A stretch of DNA of 64,000 nt from the human T2T-CHM13v2.0 reference genome, Homo sapiens. Below, in pieces: positions 1 through 16,362 of the stretch. A program made the position numbers and the translations under genes. Position 1 is the stretch's first letter, and each line of letters begins with the position of its first letter. The notes beneath the pieces are model-generated. The model did not search any database. It was not told the DNA's origin and saw nothing but the letters and a program-made list of their open reading frames with translations. The stretch lies in the NCBI RefSeq assembly GCF_009914755.1, contig NC_060937.1, one strand, 5' to 3'.

Positions 1-397
1 GGCTAAGTCTGACTAGACCAACAAGGGGTAATTCAGCCCTCCTTGCCAGCCCTGACTTTTCATCACCAGTGACAGATGTGGAGTGGCCGGCTGAAGGTTT
101 CTAGGAAGGTTTTCTTTCCTCTTAAGAGAAGGCCATGGCAAATCAGTCTTTCCTTTCTGCTAACAATGACAAAAGGATGTGTTGCTACAGTCACTAAGGA
201 TAGCTTGCCCTAGAACAAAGGCAACATTGTGGGTTGGAGAGTAAGTAGAGAATGAATGGGCATCCTTGATGACACTGCTCAGCTGCTGGCTTCACCAGCC
301 CATCGCTGGATGTTGTCACATAAATGTCGTTAGTGTTTAATTAAGCCAGTCTGAATTTGGGTTTCCAATCTTCCAGCCCAATGTATCCTAACTGAAA
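1..397 (+). mobile_element. MaLR LTR fragment (MLT1J/K-like), 3' end
   Basis: Ends ttaagccagtctgaatttgggtttc...cagcccaatgtatcctaactga, typical of an MLT1 3' terminus. Confidence 0.65.
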
Positions 398-404
398 AGG
401 AACT

Positions 405-595
405 GCAGTGGAAAGCCTATGGGCTTTGGTGTCCAATACATTGGATTTGATTCTTCTTAGCAGTGTGAACTGACCTGACTTTCCTAATATGTGTAATGGA
501 GAAAGTAATACTTCTCACCTGGGGTTGATGTGTGGAACAAAGAAAATATGTATGTAAAACACTTACCAGAGTGCCTAAAACACAACCAATGTTGT
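405..595 (+). mobile_element. MIR SINE
   Basis: gcagtggaaag...ctttgg...taatggagaaagtaatac...gtaaaacacttaccagagtgcct core. Confidence 0.65.
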
Positions 596-1649
596 TTCTT
601 TTCCATTTAGGAGATGGTTCACTTGTTGATCTGGGGGGTCCAGTGGGTTGAATTGATCAACAGTGAAATCAGTAAACTCTCTGGTCCTTTGCACATGAAC
701 TGTCAGGTAGTTCACCGTCTAGTATGGGAGTCAGATAGACATTCGCGGTCACACTAACAGTGGGGTTCGACTACAGTCCTAACTGGAGAACAGTGTCCAG
801 CTAACAGAGGTTGAGAGTACTGATCAAACCACACCTGAAGGCTGGAGTGCAGGTCTCGTAGCCATGAACTAGAGAACAAGAAACAGCGGAAGATGCTGAG
901 GATGTTAATACTGAAGAAAGGACGACCAGAAAACAGAAACGACTTCAAAGAGAAAAGGGAGTGGAATCGTTCTGTGCTGCTTCAGAGGGTGGAGTGAGGA
1001 CAGACCCCATCAACAAAGGACGCAAGCTTTCACTCAACAGGAGAAATAACTGTCTGAGAATTAGCAGTGCACAAGGGCAGAGAGCGAGCACCTCATCAAC
1101 AAAGCAGCTCCCCTTCCCAGCAGCCACTCATCAGGAAGTCCTGCTGCAGGAGTTTGGGCCACATGGCCCCCAAGGGCTCTTGCAAAGATCTGGATTTGAC
1201 ATTAAACTGTTCAGCAGACTCTTGTTGTTTGGGCTACAGCAGGTGGATCTAGAGAGCTTCTCTGTTGGTTATACTGTTGCTGTTGTTTTTCTGAATTCCC
1301 TCCGTCTTTTTTCTGACTTCCTCTCTTGTTGGCCACTATAAGCACCACCCAAACTGACCTTTCACCTCTAACTGTTTTTTTTTCCATGCTCCCTTGATGA
1401 TCAGAGAGATCCTATACATGAAGACAGAGTAATGGGATTTGTGCAGCTGCAGTGCAGTTTTTAGGGAAGCGAAAGGCTCCCTGCCCTGTAGTCTTCCTGT
1501 CTCGCCTGACTTTATACCTGAAATGTTCCCTTTTCCCTCATCTTTCAACTAAGGCATCACCTCCAGAAAATACTTGATAAATGTCAATATAGTAACTGGT
1601 AAGTTGTTAATATATCACCTGTGAGGGATACCATATTAATGCCATATGC

Positions 1650-2247
1650 TTTTTAAAAAAGTGATAAAATATGCAGAACATACATTTTACCATTTAAACC
1701 ATTTTTAACTGTATAGTTCAGTGGCATTAAGAATATTCACATTGTTGTATAATCATCACCACCAGCATCTCCAGAACTTTTCATCTTCCCCAGCAGAGAC
1801 TTTACCATTCAACAATAACTCCCCATTTCCCCCTCCCGTCCCTGGCAACTCCCATTCTGCTTTCTGTCTATATGAATTTGTCTACTCTAGATACCTCATA
1901 GAAGTGGAATCATGCAGTATTTGTCCTTTTGTGACTGGCTTATTTCACTCCGCCTATTGTCTTCAAGATTCATTTGTGTTATAGTGTGTATCAAAATGTC
2001 TTTCCTTTTTGAGGCTGGATAGTATTCCATGGCATGTATATACCACATTTTGCTTATCCGCTTATCTGTCAATAGACACTTGGGTTCTTTCCACTTTCGG
2101 CTGTTGTAAATATTGTTGCCATGAACATGGGTGTACACGTGTCTGTTCGAGTCCCTGCTTTAATTCTTTTGGGTATATCCCCAGAAGTGGGATTGCTGGA
2201 TCATCCGGTAGTTCTTTGTTTAATTTTTTGAGGAATTGCCGTACTGT
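1650..2247 (-). mobile_element. L1MB-type LINE-1 3' fragment
   Basis: Antisense L1 3' UTR and ORF2 tail; the ORF track shows ELPDDPAIPLLGIYPKELK. Confidence 0.9.
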
Positions 2248-2759
2248 TAATAGCATATACTTTAAAAACCTATATATTAACCAAGGAGAAGAAAACAAGT
2301 TAATTTGAAGAGAGTCAGAAAGCGTGAGTGTCCAGAGCCTACTGAGCCCTGGAAGTCACGGATAAAAACAAGAAGTGAAGTCAACACTCTCGGTGAGAAA
2401 GGGAGCGGTACTGACAAACTTCTACCATCCCAGTGTGCCCGGTTGCTCCCACGCCCTCAGGATACTAAAGCTGGGAGGAAGGAGGGGGTGGGGGAGGGGA
2501 CTCAGAGGGAGAGCTACTGAGTGCCTGCAGGGATTATTTCGAGGTGCTTTTGCATCCATTAACTTATTTAATCATCAAAACAACTCAGCAGGTGCCCTTA
2601 TTTTTATGGACAAGTCTTGTCAGGTACTTAACATTTTTAATTTTTATTGCTTTTAAAAGCAATGAAGAATATCTTTAAGAGGGAAGAAATAATTCTGAAT
2701 CCACCAAGCTCACACAAAATTCACCTCAGTACTGCCCTATTTTCCTTTGCTCCCTTTGC

Positions 2760-3360
2760 AGCCATAATTTTTACATGGTTGCGTTGTTGTCATTTCATTT
2801 TCTACTTTTTAAATTGCTACAGAGATCTTTGTATTTATTATTTTAACAGATGTATAGTATGCATCTAATGATTTCACTTCAATTCAGTTAACTATTCCCC
2901 TACCATTGAATATTTAGATTGTCTTCAGTTTTTCACTATAATTTTATAATTGTTTTATAACAAGATTTTATAATTTTAGCAATAAAGAGTTTCATGTACA
3001 TAACTTTTTTCCTCTTATACTTATTTCTTTAGAATGCATTTCTAGGACTGGAATTACCAAATCAATGGGTACAAACATTTTTGTGAATTTTGTTATACAC
3101 TGCTGAAGTGTTTTATAAAAGGGATGTTTCAAAAGTGATTTTTTGAAGATTGATAATACATTTTCAACAGCAATACTGGAGTATACCAGTGTCTCCACAT
3201 TAAGTATTACTTTTAACTTTGTTTTATTACTTAGTATATATATAAGTATACTTAATTGTTGCCTTAATTAGTTTTTAAAATTAATTGCATGGTTTCCATA
3301 TGCTTAGTAACTGTGTTTCATATGTATTTTGTCTCATTACACCTTTTACCCAGTTATCTG
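2760..3360 (-). mobile_element. Old L1 (L1ME-like) fragment
   Basis: aatatttagattgtcttcagtttttcactat...ctaggactggaattaccaaatcaatgggtac; degenerate 'DLVIPVLEMHSKE'. Confidence 0.6.
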
Positions 3361-3377
3361 TTGGATGACCCTAGAAG

Positions 3378-3640
3378 TATTGCATTGTAATTAAGACCAA
3401 ACACCAGAAGCAAAGGTAGATTCAGTTCTTACTTTTGTTACTTCCTTAATCTTGGGCAAGTTAATATTTCATTTTGTTAAGCCTCAGATTTCTGATCTTT
3501 GAAATCAGAAACAACCATAGTACCTACTTCATTAGATTATTTCAGAGGTCAAATGAGGTAATGTGTCTGAACCACTTCAGCACAATGCCTGGCACATGGA
3601 ATATGCTCCGTAAAGATTAGATATCTTCACTGTTATTATG
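3378..3640 (+). mobile_element. MIR SINE
   Basis: cttgggcaagtta...gcctcagatttctgatctttgaaa...gcacaatgcctggcacat. Confidence 0.8.
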
Positions 3641-4274
3641 TAGAGCCATTCGTCTGATTTTTCCTCCTCTTACCATATTCTAAATCTTCTGTTGTATTAC
3701 CTCTTACCCTTGGGTAGTTGAGCTGCTGGGAGTTGGAAGTAAGGGCAGTGGAGTTTGTTCAGGGCAAGGCCTGCCATCTGGTTCACACATGGGTGTGATC
3801 TGGTCAGACTAAACAGCATTTTAACTCCAGATGGCTGTGTCTACATTCTCGTGTTATGTGGACGGATGATCAACAGTGGACTTGCAGGGGTGGAAGGATG
3901 TACAGAGACCCTATTAGAGCTACCCTAGTGCTTCCAGTTAGAGCTGGTGTTCACACAAGATTGTTGAGGTAGGGCTACCCCATTCGCAATGGTATTCAAG
4001 GAGGAAAGTAGCCTCCTGTCTCCAGCCAGTTCAACCTTCACTGCTAATTCCTGTGGCTCCTGCTGCAGCTGCAAACCACAACCCACTGATTTCTCCTCAG
4101 ATAGAGCAAGAAGGGGCAGAAAGTCCGGTCCACATCTATTCAGAACTTAGTAGTTGATAGGTGCGTTCTTTATGCTTTCTCACTGAGATGTGTCTCCCCG
4201 CATGTGCATGACTAAGCCATGAAGGTCTGATTTGACGCAGAATCCACTGGCTGGTATTCAGTTATCCATAAGGA

Positions 4275-4745
4275 TTGAGAGCCAGCACACCCATGTTCCT
4301 GGCAGCATTATTCACTGTAGCCAAAAGGTCGAAGCAACCTAGGTGCCCGCTCACAGATGAACGGGCAAACAAAATGCGGTGTCTTTGTTTTTAAAAAGGA
4401 AAGATCTTCTGATACATGCTACAACATGGATGAACCCTGAGAATATTACGCTGAGTGAAATAAGCCAGTCACAAAAGGACAAATCCTGTATAATTCCACT
4501 TACATGAGGTACTAGAATCATCAGATTCATAGAGAAAGGAGAAAGACAGTTTCCAGGGGCCGGGGGGGAAGGAGGAACGGGGAGTGTAGGAAGAGGAAAA
4601 ATGTTCTGGTGATGGACGGTGGTGATGGTTGCACAATAAGATAAATGTACTTACTGCCAGTGTACACTCTAAAGGGTTTAAAACAGTAAATTTTATGTTA
4701 GGTATGTTTCACCATAATAAAATATTTTTTAAAAAGGAAAAAGAA
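4275..4745 (+). mobile_element. L1MB-type LINE-1 3' fragment
   Basis: gcagcattattcactgtagccaaaagg...gaaataagccagtcacaaaaggacaaat...A-rich tail. Confidence 0.88.
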
Positions 4746-4966
4746 AAATAACTTGGGCCTAATCTAGGATATGAAGAATATGAGAAGAGTTAAAAGAATT
4801 TTTTAAAAATTAGCAGCAACTTGTGAGAGAAGGTTCCTCCTCAAAGCGGAGGAAAGAATTAGGATAGATTGTAGTTTAGACCCAAGAAAACCAACTCTGT
4901 TCAAAGCATATGAACTTGAAGTTCCCTGTGGTCATGGCAACCTTGGGAAGGTTCAGGATCCTCTTG

Positions 4967-5290
<324 letters not shown>

Positions 5291-6999
5291 TAGGATCCTC
5301 TTGTAGAGGAACGGTCACCTGAGCCCTTTGTGCTGGAGAAGATATCTGGCCCATAAGCAACTTTAGTCACCGGAGATAATACTATAATTTATAGACTTAA
5401 AAAAAAATTATAGACTTAAAAGCAGTGTTGAAATATTTGAGGTTTTTCTTGTTAGATTGAGCTTTTGAAGGACAAGAAAATGACTGTATTAAATTCATGA
5501 ATATAGTTTTGAAAGTTTAAGGGAATTTAATAAAGTCGTAAATGGTGCCAATTGAGGTTTCAACTTGTTTAGATATATTCAACCTGAAGTAATCAATTTT
5601 GTTTATAAATAGAATGATAACATTGGAGGTGGAGGACAAAGGCCTAAGGCAGGTGAATTTTTGAATTGGTAATTTTAATGAATTTAATATTAACTTAAAA
5701 ACCAAAGTAACCCACATGATCTTTTCCATGTTGAAAAGCTGCCTTCATACATCAAATTTCACATTGACAGCTCTGATCCTGGTCCTTCCTATTCTAAAGT
5801 ACAGTTGCTGACTTATTTGTGGGTTTCTCCCATGAGTATGTAAGCTCCTTAAGGCCACAAGCAAGTTCACGTCCTGAGCATCTAGCACAGCTGGACACAC
5901 ACACAAGACACTTGTCAGATGGCTGGGGGAGGTGGGGTGGGGGAAAAGAAATTCTTGAATTTACCCTGGTACTATATGCTTGTTAATTGTTTAGACACAC
6001 ACCTCCCAGCTTCCTATGACAATTTCCATTTTGATATCTATTTGGACATTTGCTAAATGAAGCCATCCACTTATTTTAATGAATTACTATATTTATAATA
6101 AATATAATTTAACAAATAAATTATGGGGAGTATTATTTATTTTAATCGTCCTGTAGAACTGTATTCAAGAGTATCTACACAAGGGGTGTTCAGTCCTTGT
6201 TTGCCTGCATAACTCTCCTGAACACAAAATGTTACTTCTGGGAGCCTCCCTTCTGTGCATGACCAGTGTCATGTGGAAGACCACCCTCTCCGATGGTGGG
6301 CTCAAGGTTCTATGTCTGAAGTCCAGAGGCACTTCATTTGGATGGCAGCATCAAGATTTCAAGCTTGGTAATAAATGAAGAGAGGGTTCCCAAAGTGTCT
6401 TGTGAAAGTTGGGGGAAGGCATTCCCCTTCTGTGAGACAGAGCTGTGTCTTCCTGCCTGGCTTCCTCTTTTGGCACCTTTCCCCTCATGGGGGAATGGAT
6501 CCTGAAGCGAAGAAAGGGATGGCTGCAGGCCCCTTGGCTGTCACGCTGTTAGCGATTAGCTGTTTTCAGCAATTATGCCCTTCCATCGAGGGTGTGACGG
6601 CTGGCGCCTCTGGTAATGAGCTGCCTTCCAAGGCTCCCTCCCGGCCTTCACTTGCTGCTCTCCTTAGTGGCCTCAGAGTCTGCTGACATTATTGCCAATG
6701 TGACATGTTCCTCTTGGCCAACTCGGGAAGACATGCCAGTCTGCCAGTGAGAGAGCCTGAAGGAACTTCAGGAGAGAAACATGAAGCTGGATGAAGCCAC
6801 CAAGCAGACTTGTCCCCAGGGAATGGGGACATCAGCTCATCCATCCCGACTAGCTCAAAACGCTCAAGAATAACCTATGCCCAAGTTTTGCTGGCAAGTG
6901 GAAATGTCCATTCTACATTAGAATAGCATAGGAGGATTTTTTTATTATTATCACATGGGAGTTACATTGTTGGTGAAGTCATACTAGCTAGATAAATGA

Positions 7000-7680
7000 T
7001 TAACTCGGTAACTCATCAAATAATGATTGAGAAACCACTTTGTGGCAACACAAGGCTATCACTAGAGGTGACAGAGGTGGGGAAAGTAAGTGTAGCTCCT
7101 CTCCTCTCCGGGCTTATGGCTGGTGAGACAGACATACATCATTCCAGTGGCCACTCACATCAATGTTTGCTTGTGAACTGTCCTATGTGATGGGAAGAGA
7201 AAATACAAGAGAGTGTAAAACAGGACTCCAGGGTGGAGAGAGGGAATCCCTGTGGAAATGCCATTTGAACTAGGAGCTGAAGGATGGAGAGGAGGTAACT
7301 AGACAAAGTGTGGGGTACAGTGGGGAGTGGAGCAGAGAGAGAGGCTGTGGGTGGAGGGGGAGGCACATGCCAAAGCCCAGGGGTGACAAGAAGCTGGGCA
7401 CTGCCAAGAAACTGTGAGAAGCGAAGCTTGGCTGGAGCGGCCAGAGCCCAGGGTCATGCAGGATGAGCCTAGAGAGGAAGGCAGGGGCCTGGTGATCCTG
7501 GACTTGGACTGCAGTGAGGATTTTAGATGTATTCTAAGGGTAATGGAAGGCTACTAAGGGTTTCAAGCAGCAGAGATATGTGTCTTGCAAAATAGCATTC
7601 TGAATGCAGCAGAATGGATTTGAGCTGGGCAGGTGTGGACGGGGAGGCCATCACCATGGTCAATGAGAAGAGTGGAGGGT
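7000..7680 (-). mobile_element. L2 LINE fragment
   Basis: Reverse complement of an L2 3' region (aactcatcaaataatgattgag...ggaaggctactaagggtttcaagcag). Confidence 0.7.
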
Positions 7681-8886
7681 GATGAGGAAGACAGAGGACA
7701 TCAGAGACTGAATTCCCTTTCCTTCCTTCCCTCCTTCCCCTCCAAACGTAGCCCTCCTGTCAGCTCCAAAAGGCAGAAGTGGGTTCTTTTTCTTAGAAGA
7801 CCATTCCAGTTTTCTAAGCAAAATTCCGTTCTCTTCTCCTTCCTAAGAAAGTTTACAAAGAAACAGAAGCCTACAATCCCATGGCAGATAAAAAATTTTA
7901 GGAGAGCCACGTTCCGGTTCTGAAGGAGCAAAGACCTCTTCCACACACACAGTGGACCCTGTGGTGCCACTCTAAAACCCATACCTCCAGGCCCATTAGA
8001 ACCCCCAAAGTGACCTGATTTCCATCAATCCCAAAGCCAGCCAAGCAAGGTTACGTTTATAGGACTCCCTCCTGGTGACAGTCCAGAAAACAATAAAAAC
8101 AGATGCAAGTCCCACTGTGGTACAGAAGCCCACTTTGGAAACCAGGGGGTCAAGTGCCTATTATCCAGGTAAGCAGGCTCTCCCTAGGAGACCAAAAATG
8201 CATGTCAACATGCCAAGTGGAGAGGGGCTGGAAGCCACAGGGGCCACCTGGGAAGGGAGGCCTCAGCCAGGCAGTAATAATAAAACCGGACAATGCCACA
8301 GAGCTGGCGTGGCTCAGCCAGGAGCCAGGGAAGGATGGGGGTGGGAGGAAGGGCCTCCCTTCCTCCAAAATCAATGTCCCTGTTAACTTGGGCAGAAGAA
8401 AATCTGACAGCTCTGGAAACCTGCCCATCTGATGAGAAGGAGGAAGCTGAGAAGCGGTTGGAGCCAGAGAAAGCCCAGAAATGGCAGGCGGGATCAGTTG
8501 CCCATTGGGGACCTGGTGGCAGGAGCTCTCTGCACTGCTTTTACTGACGCCCAGGAGGACAGGTGCCACTGCCAGTCCCCACACGACCTCCAGCTGCCTC
8601 CTAAAGCAGCCCGCCCCTCTGATGATCCTGGCTGGATTTGTTTTATGAAAAATCCACGAAACAAACAGGGCACTCAGCTTCTGAACCCAGTTCCCTGGGG
8701 GCTATTCCATTTTGTTATCTGGAATATAACCGACTGAGAGGCAACTGGAATAACTGAAATCTACAGAGAAATACAAGTCTTGACAAGTTTCAGGAAAAAC
8801 CACCCTTCTTATTGATAAAGCAATACCAGCCAACTAGTCACTGATATTTATTTAATGCCTCCCATATGAAGAGAGTAGCATGAATC

Positions 8887-9165
8887 CACAATCCTGTATC
8901 CACTATTCCAAAATCCAAAAAGCTGAAAATCAAAAGTTTTATTATTAAGTTTGCAGCCGACATATTGGGCAGCAAAGCCTGACCTAAACTGCTGTGAGAC
9001 TGAGACTTCTTCCTCATAGTGTGACTGTTCCTACATTTTGCTCCAGGTTTTGGGGAGGGGAGATATTAAATAGACTGTCTAGGTGCCATCTAACCATTTT
9101 AAAGTCCAAAAACTTCTTAAGTCCAAAACACATTTGTCTAGAGTTTTCTAACAAGGGATTGCACA
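8887..9165 (+). mobile_element. MER46C-like TcMar-Tigger DNA transposon
   Basis: aaatccaaaaagctg...ggcagcaaagcctgacctaaactg...caaaacacatttg...aagggattg, with degenerate inverted termini. Confidence 0.75.
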
Positions 9166-9339
9166 CTCCTATTGTTATGGGTTTGAGGACTCACAGTCCA
9201 GTAGAAAAACAAGAAATCCCAGAGAAGACTCAATAGAACCCTTTGCACTATAAATATTTTATAGACATATAGATGTTTGGGGTTACAGAATTACATAATT
9301 CCCTTCTGTGTAGTCTGAGTACAGTTTCCAATGGAGACA

Positions 9340-9515
9340 GCCTGCAGTGAGGAAAACATGGGTTTGGGAATCAGAAGGTGGCTGGGCCAGTATTAAATGC
9401 CCCTGTGGCCTTGGGCAGGACTTTTCTCCTCCCTGGACCTCATCCATAAAATGAAAGAATGGGACAAGATGATTTCTACACACACTTCCGGTTTTCAGAT
9501 TTCTGTGTTCTATGA
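9340..9515 (+). mobile_element. MIR3-like SINE
   Basis: tgtggccttgggcagg...cataaaatg...ttctgtgttctatga 3' end. Confidence 0.65.
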
Positions 9516-10404
9516 CCTCCCTATAGGAGGGATAAAGGACCAGGGAGCAAGAAGCTCAGAAAAGGTCTCTTTTCCACATGAAGTGGGAAAAGGAAAAGCG
9601 TAATCACGTGCTGGACCCTGACTGGAGATGGAAGTAACACCAGCCGGTTAACTGGGGTGACTCATGTCACCAGTTATGGAACTACTCAGATCCTTGGGTG
9701 CTGAGTGACCAATACCCAGCCTCTGGATGGTAGCAGCCCTGGAGACAAGTGGGGCCAAGGGGGGGCCCTGTCATGCCAAAGCTGTGATATCACATACTGC
9801 TGAAATTGATTTGGCTCCATTTCCTGCATACCTAGCAGATTTACCAGATTGTGAAAATGAATGTTTTCTATGCGCGTGGCTGATTTTTGCATGCATCTGT
9901 TCACTCATCTAAACCTTAGTTACATCCTGCTAGGAGAATGAAAGGCTATAATTTCTTCTTCTTTAATCTGGAATAGTTAGAAACACCATGATTTTTGCTT
10001 TAAAATTCTGCACCAAAATGGTGAACCATTTTTATTTTTGTCTCAGGAAAAAAAAATGAAATGATACTGCCGTATTTTTTTCTAGATTTGCAAATGATCC
10101 TGACCTTAATGGGGGTCCCATGCCTGAGAACATGGCCCTTGGAATAGAAATATCCAGTGGAATGCAAACATGAGTATCTAAACATATCATTTGCATCTGA
10201 CATTAATAAGCCCTTTCTGGCTTTCACGTTTCCATTTTAGATGACAGTGCCGTCTTCACATGTCAGGGGTCAAGTGCAAGAACAGTAATACTAGTATTTA
10301 TTTAGTACTTTGCATTTCTGGGGTGCTTTTATTGCCCTTAATTAGTAAACCACAAATAATTTCTGCTCAGTAGCTTGGTACTGCAATCTTCAGTGTTCAT
10401 GGGG

Positions 10405-10655
10405 ACAGTGTGCTGTAGTGACTAACAGGATAGACTTTGGAGTCAGTCAAACTCAGATTTGGGCTCTGCCTCTGCCACTAACTTACTGACTAACCACTTA
10501 CCACTTACTAACTTACCACTAACTAACTGACTTCAGCAAGCTTCGGTGTCTTCATCTGTAAAATGGGGATAGCGACAGGCTTGTCACACAGAGTGGATAT
10601 GAGGATTAAATCAGAATATGCATGTAAAATGCTTAACGTAATGCCTGACAGTAGT
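10405..10655 (+). mobile_element. MIR SINE
   Basis: gactttggagtcag...cttcatctgtaaaatggggata...atgtaaaatgctta. Confidence 0.85.
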
Positions 10656-11287
10656 ACTGTATATATATACTTATATATAAGTGCTCCATATGCCTTCCCT
10701 GTAAACTAGATGTTGGATACGTTGCCGTCCGCAAGTCCTTCTGCCTCTGAGAATCACATCATAGCCCAATAAGCTACTTAAAATGGAAAAGTCCATAGGC
10801 CATCCCCGTGGACCAAAGTCCTGCCACCTTTCTGGACTCTGAACTCCCTCTCCCTTTCCTTCTCCAACTGCCAAAGCCTCTTCATTCTTCCTACTTCATT
10901 TTGCACAGAAATTTGGTTTCTTTCACTAATCCTTTCCAGCCTTACTCTGAGGGCTCTCTTTCCACTCACAAGTGGCCCAACAAGGTTTTGTTTGTTTTCT
11001 TGTTTTAACTGAACAGAAGATCATTCTTTCCACCCTAAGTTTTTCTATACAAATTATATTGAAGATGATTATTACAATGACATTTTCAAAAAGACAATTC
11101 TCTCCCTAAAGAATTCCGATACCTGCTTTTAAATTGCCATTCCCCTCTCCTCATGGTATAGATATTATAGTTTACAACAAGCCCAGGTTCAAGGGCTGGT
11201 AAACCCACTGAAAAATCAAAGAACTCACCCAAGATCATGTAGTCAGAAACAGAGACTGAATTCAGGGCATGGGAACTTAACCTCCTA

Positions 11288-11933
<646 letters not shown>

Positions 11934-12262
11934 GAGCAAGCCAGGGTGGGCCTCTTAAAGCACAGGTTTCTTGAGTGGTCCCAGAGGTAACACACCCCAC
12001 ATGGTCTCACTCTGCCTCTAGGGGAGGCACTTCAGAACCCACTGTTAATCAGGACAAAGGATCCCTCCGTGGAACAATTCTGGGGAGCTGCATTCCCAAG
12101 AACAGCAGATTAAAAATCAAATCCGGGAAAGGAGCTAAAACCTTGCGTGCTGCAAGATATAACTCATGTGTACATGTGTGTGAATGGCGTGTGGGGATGG
12201 TGCATGGGGATGGTGTAGATGAGGGGATGGATGGACCTATGAAAAGCTCAGAGATCTATCAG

Positions 12263-12801
<539 letters not shown>

Positions 12802-13396
12802 CTAAAATTTAATTAAAAATTTTAAAATTTTTTGTTAAAGATCTATCAGCAGAGCAGCCTGGCTGCATTTTGTATAGGTACAGTTATCCATACTTCAATT
12901 GTTTCTGAATTCCAGTCAAACAACTTAACATAGTAATTATATTCGCAATGACTAACTTAGTATTTACCAAGTGCCCAAATGTTCAAGGCATTGCACTGGT
13001 TAGATTTGGCAGAGGACAGAGAAATATGAAATAGCAATTTTCTTTTTCACATTGTCCAGTCTAAGCTCTGGCTATAACTTCTATATTTGGCATAAACAAC
13101 AGTCACCAGAGACCAATAAGACTTGGTCATTTGTTCTGATTTGAACTCATTTGTTTAACAAATGAGAAGATTTAACATCAAAATGCCAACCTTGGGACAG
13201 ATATCTGTTTTCCAAGATGCTGAAGCTTACCACCAAATGATATTTTGATGTGCTATTTAGGATGTTTTTGCTTGAAACTGGCTCTCAATGACTGTGCCCT
13301 TACTTTTGCTGGTCAGGAGCACAGTGAAATTGCTCTGAAAACAAGCAAGTGTCTTAGAACCCCAAGAATGAGGCAGTAGCCTCGTAAAATGGGCCC

Positions 13397-13752
13397 TGCT
13401 ATGACCTGAATGTATGTGTCACCCTCAAATTCATGTGTTGAAACCTCAATGTGATGGTATTTGGAAGTGGGGCCTTTGAGGAGTGATTAGGTCATGAGAT
13501 GGAGCCCACATGAACTGGACTAGCGCCCATATGAAAGAGGCTCCTCAGAGCTCCCTTGCCCCTTGGGCCCTGGGTGGACACAGTGAGAAAGTTCCATCTA
13601 TGAACCAGGAAGCAAGTCCTCACCAAACACCGAATTTGCCAGTGCCTTGATCTTGGACTTCCCAGCCTCCAGAACTGTGAGAAAGAAATTTTTATTGTTT
13701 ATAAGCCACCCAGTCTATGGTATTTTGTTATAGAAGCCCACATGGACTAAGG
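13397..13752 (+). mobile_element. MLT1A-like MaLR solo LTR
   Basis: tgctatgacctgaatgt...ataagccacccagtctatggtattttgttatag...ggactaag. Confidence 0.88.
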
Positions 13753-14164
13753 CTCCCAAGAAGATAAATATGCCAACTGTTTTCTAGTGCCTTCAGGCTG
13801 GGGCTTCATGGAAGTGGTGGGGAGCCTGAACGTGCGCTGCGGATAGGGTTTTACTTCCTGCTACCCATCAACCATGGGATAATGCCTGACAAAGATGCGA
13901 ATGACCCCGGAAATGTGAGTGAAGGCCATGTAATTATGTAGGCTTTCACTCCTTCTTTCTCAGCCGATTCAGCTCTTAGCCAGATTCTCTTGTTCCATCA
14001 CCAGGTTTTATCCCTGCTAACTTTCTTTCCCCAGGAATGATTTTCATTGAGATCGTAGTGTGTTTCCTCAAAAGAAGACTAGATTGTAATTGGGTGTCCT
14101 TAGATGTAGAACAACTCTCCTGTTTAGATTTCAACATATATATCTTTAGCTTTAATGTGTGTAT

Positions 14165-14262
14165 GAGAGAGAGAGAAAGGAGAGGAAAGGAGACGAGAGG
14201 AGAGGAGACGAAAGGAGAGGGGAGGAGAGTGGAGGAGAGGGAAAGTGATTAAGAGAGAGAAG
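14165..14262 (+). repeat. GA-rich purine tract
   Basis: (GA)n / GAGAG-like low-complexity sequence. Confidence 0.85.
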
Positions 14263-14268
14263 ATGTGA

Positions 14269-14603
<335 letters not shown>

Positions 14604-14606
14604 CTA

Positions 14607-15036
<430 letters not shown>

Positions 15037-15054
15037 TCAGATATGAGAACTTAT

Positions 15055-15345
15055 GTGGCAGAGATCAGTCAGCTGGTTACCAGAACCCATTTCCTCTTCC
15101 TCCTGGCACACAGATCTACTTCCACCCCTCCTCTGCAGTTATCTGTCACCTTAGGATTACACTTTGGCTGATAGCATGTGAGTAGAAAGGATGTTTACTA
15201 CTTCTAGCTCCTGCCCACAAAACTTTTCACTCTCTGTGTTCTTTCTCCGTCCTCGGGTTGATTGTTAATAGAGAAAGACTGTGGGAGTTACGGGTTAAAG
15301 ATGATAAAGCCACTGGCAGCCAGGACCCCTGAAGATCACATGGAG

Positions 15346-15400
<55 letters not shown>

Positions 15401-15505
15401 CACACACTGCCACACTGCCACTGATCAGATTCGACATGAACAGGAAAGGCACTACTATTATGCTAATCCTCTTTAATTGTGGGGTTTCTCTGTTACAACA
15501 ACTCA
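15055..15505 (+). mobile_element. MLT1H/J-like MaLR LTR containing a (CA)n microsatellite
   Basis: tgtggcagag...ccatttcctcttcctcctggcacacag...ggggtttctctgttacaac. Confidence 0.65.
15352..15407 (+). repeat. (CA)~23 microsatellite
   Basis: Perfect CA run followed by ggacacac. Confidence 0.97.
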
Positions 15506-15976
15506 TACTGCTGGAGCTGAAATGTGTTGCGAAGTCATTTTAACCTCTTCTGTTTCTATAGCTGTGATGTAGGATTTGCTTTTTACAAAGCTTCACTTAA
15601 TCCACTTGAGATTGAAATGTGGTGTGTGTAAAAAAGCTTTCCTTATTCCATGTTCTTTTCCAGCCCTTCCCTGGGCGTTTGTACTTAGTTGCAGTAACAG
15701 TTTAAATATAATTTTACATTAGCTCTTTTTCACTTAGCACACCAGAAGCATTTTTCCGCATCTCCACAGTCTTCATAATTATAAATGTTAATGACTGCTT
15801 AATATTCCATCAAGCTGATGCACTGTAATTGTCTAAAACAAGTGTGAGATGTTGCTGTTATATCCTGCTTTGAGAAAATCCAACTTATCAAGACAAAAAA
15901 ATTCTCTACAAGGGGACTTTTATATATTGAGTGCCTTACGTTTCCAAGGTATAATTTAAATTACACAAATTTAATA

Positions 15977-16265
<289 letters not shown>

Positions 16266-16329
16266 TTAATAGACCCTCAGTCACCTACTATACAGAGCAA
16301 AGTACTTGTATTATCACTGGGAAAAAATT

Positions 16330-16360
<31 letters not shown>

Positions 16361-16362
16361 TT

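Noticed and set aside
650-1341. Purine-rich stretch with a 126-aa ORF, considered as a processed pseudogene
   Set aside because: No recognisable protein, poly-A tail or TSD; possibly decayed L2 or unique intron.
1650-4745. Inverted pair of L1MB fragments
   Set aside because: Old, diverged, independent insertions ~2 kb apart; stable pairing is unlikely.
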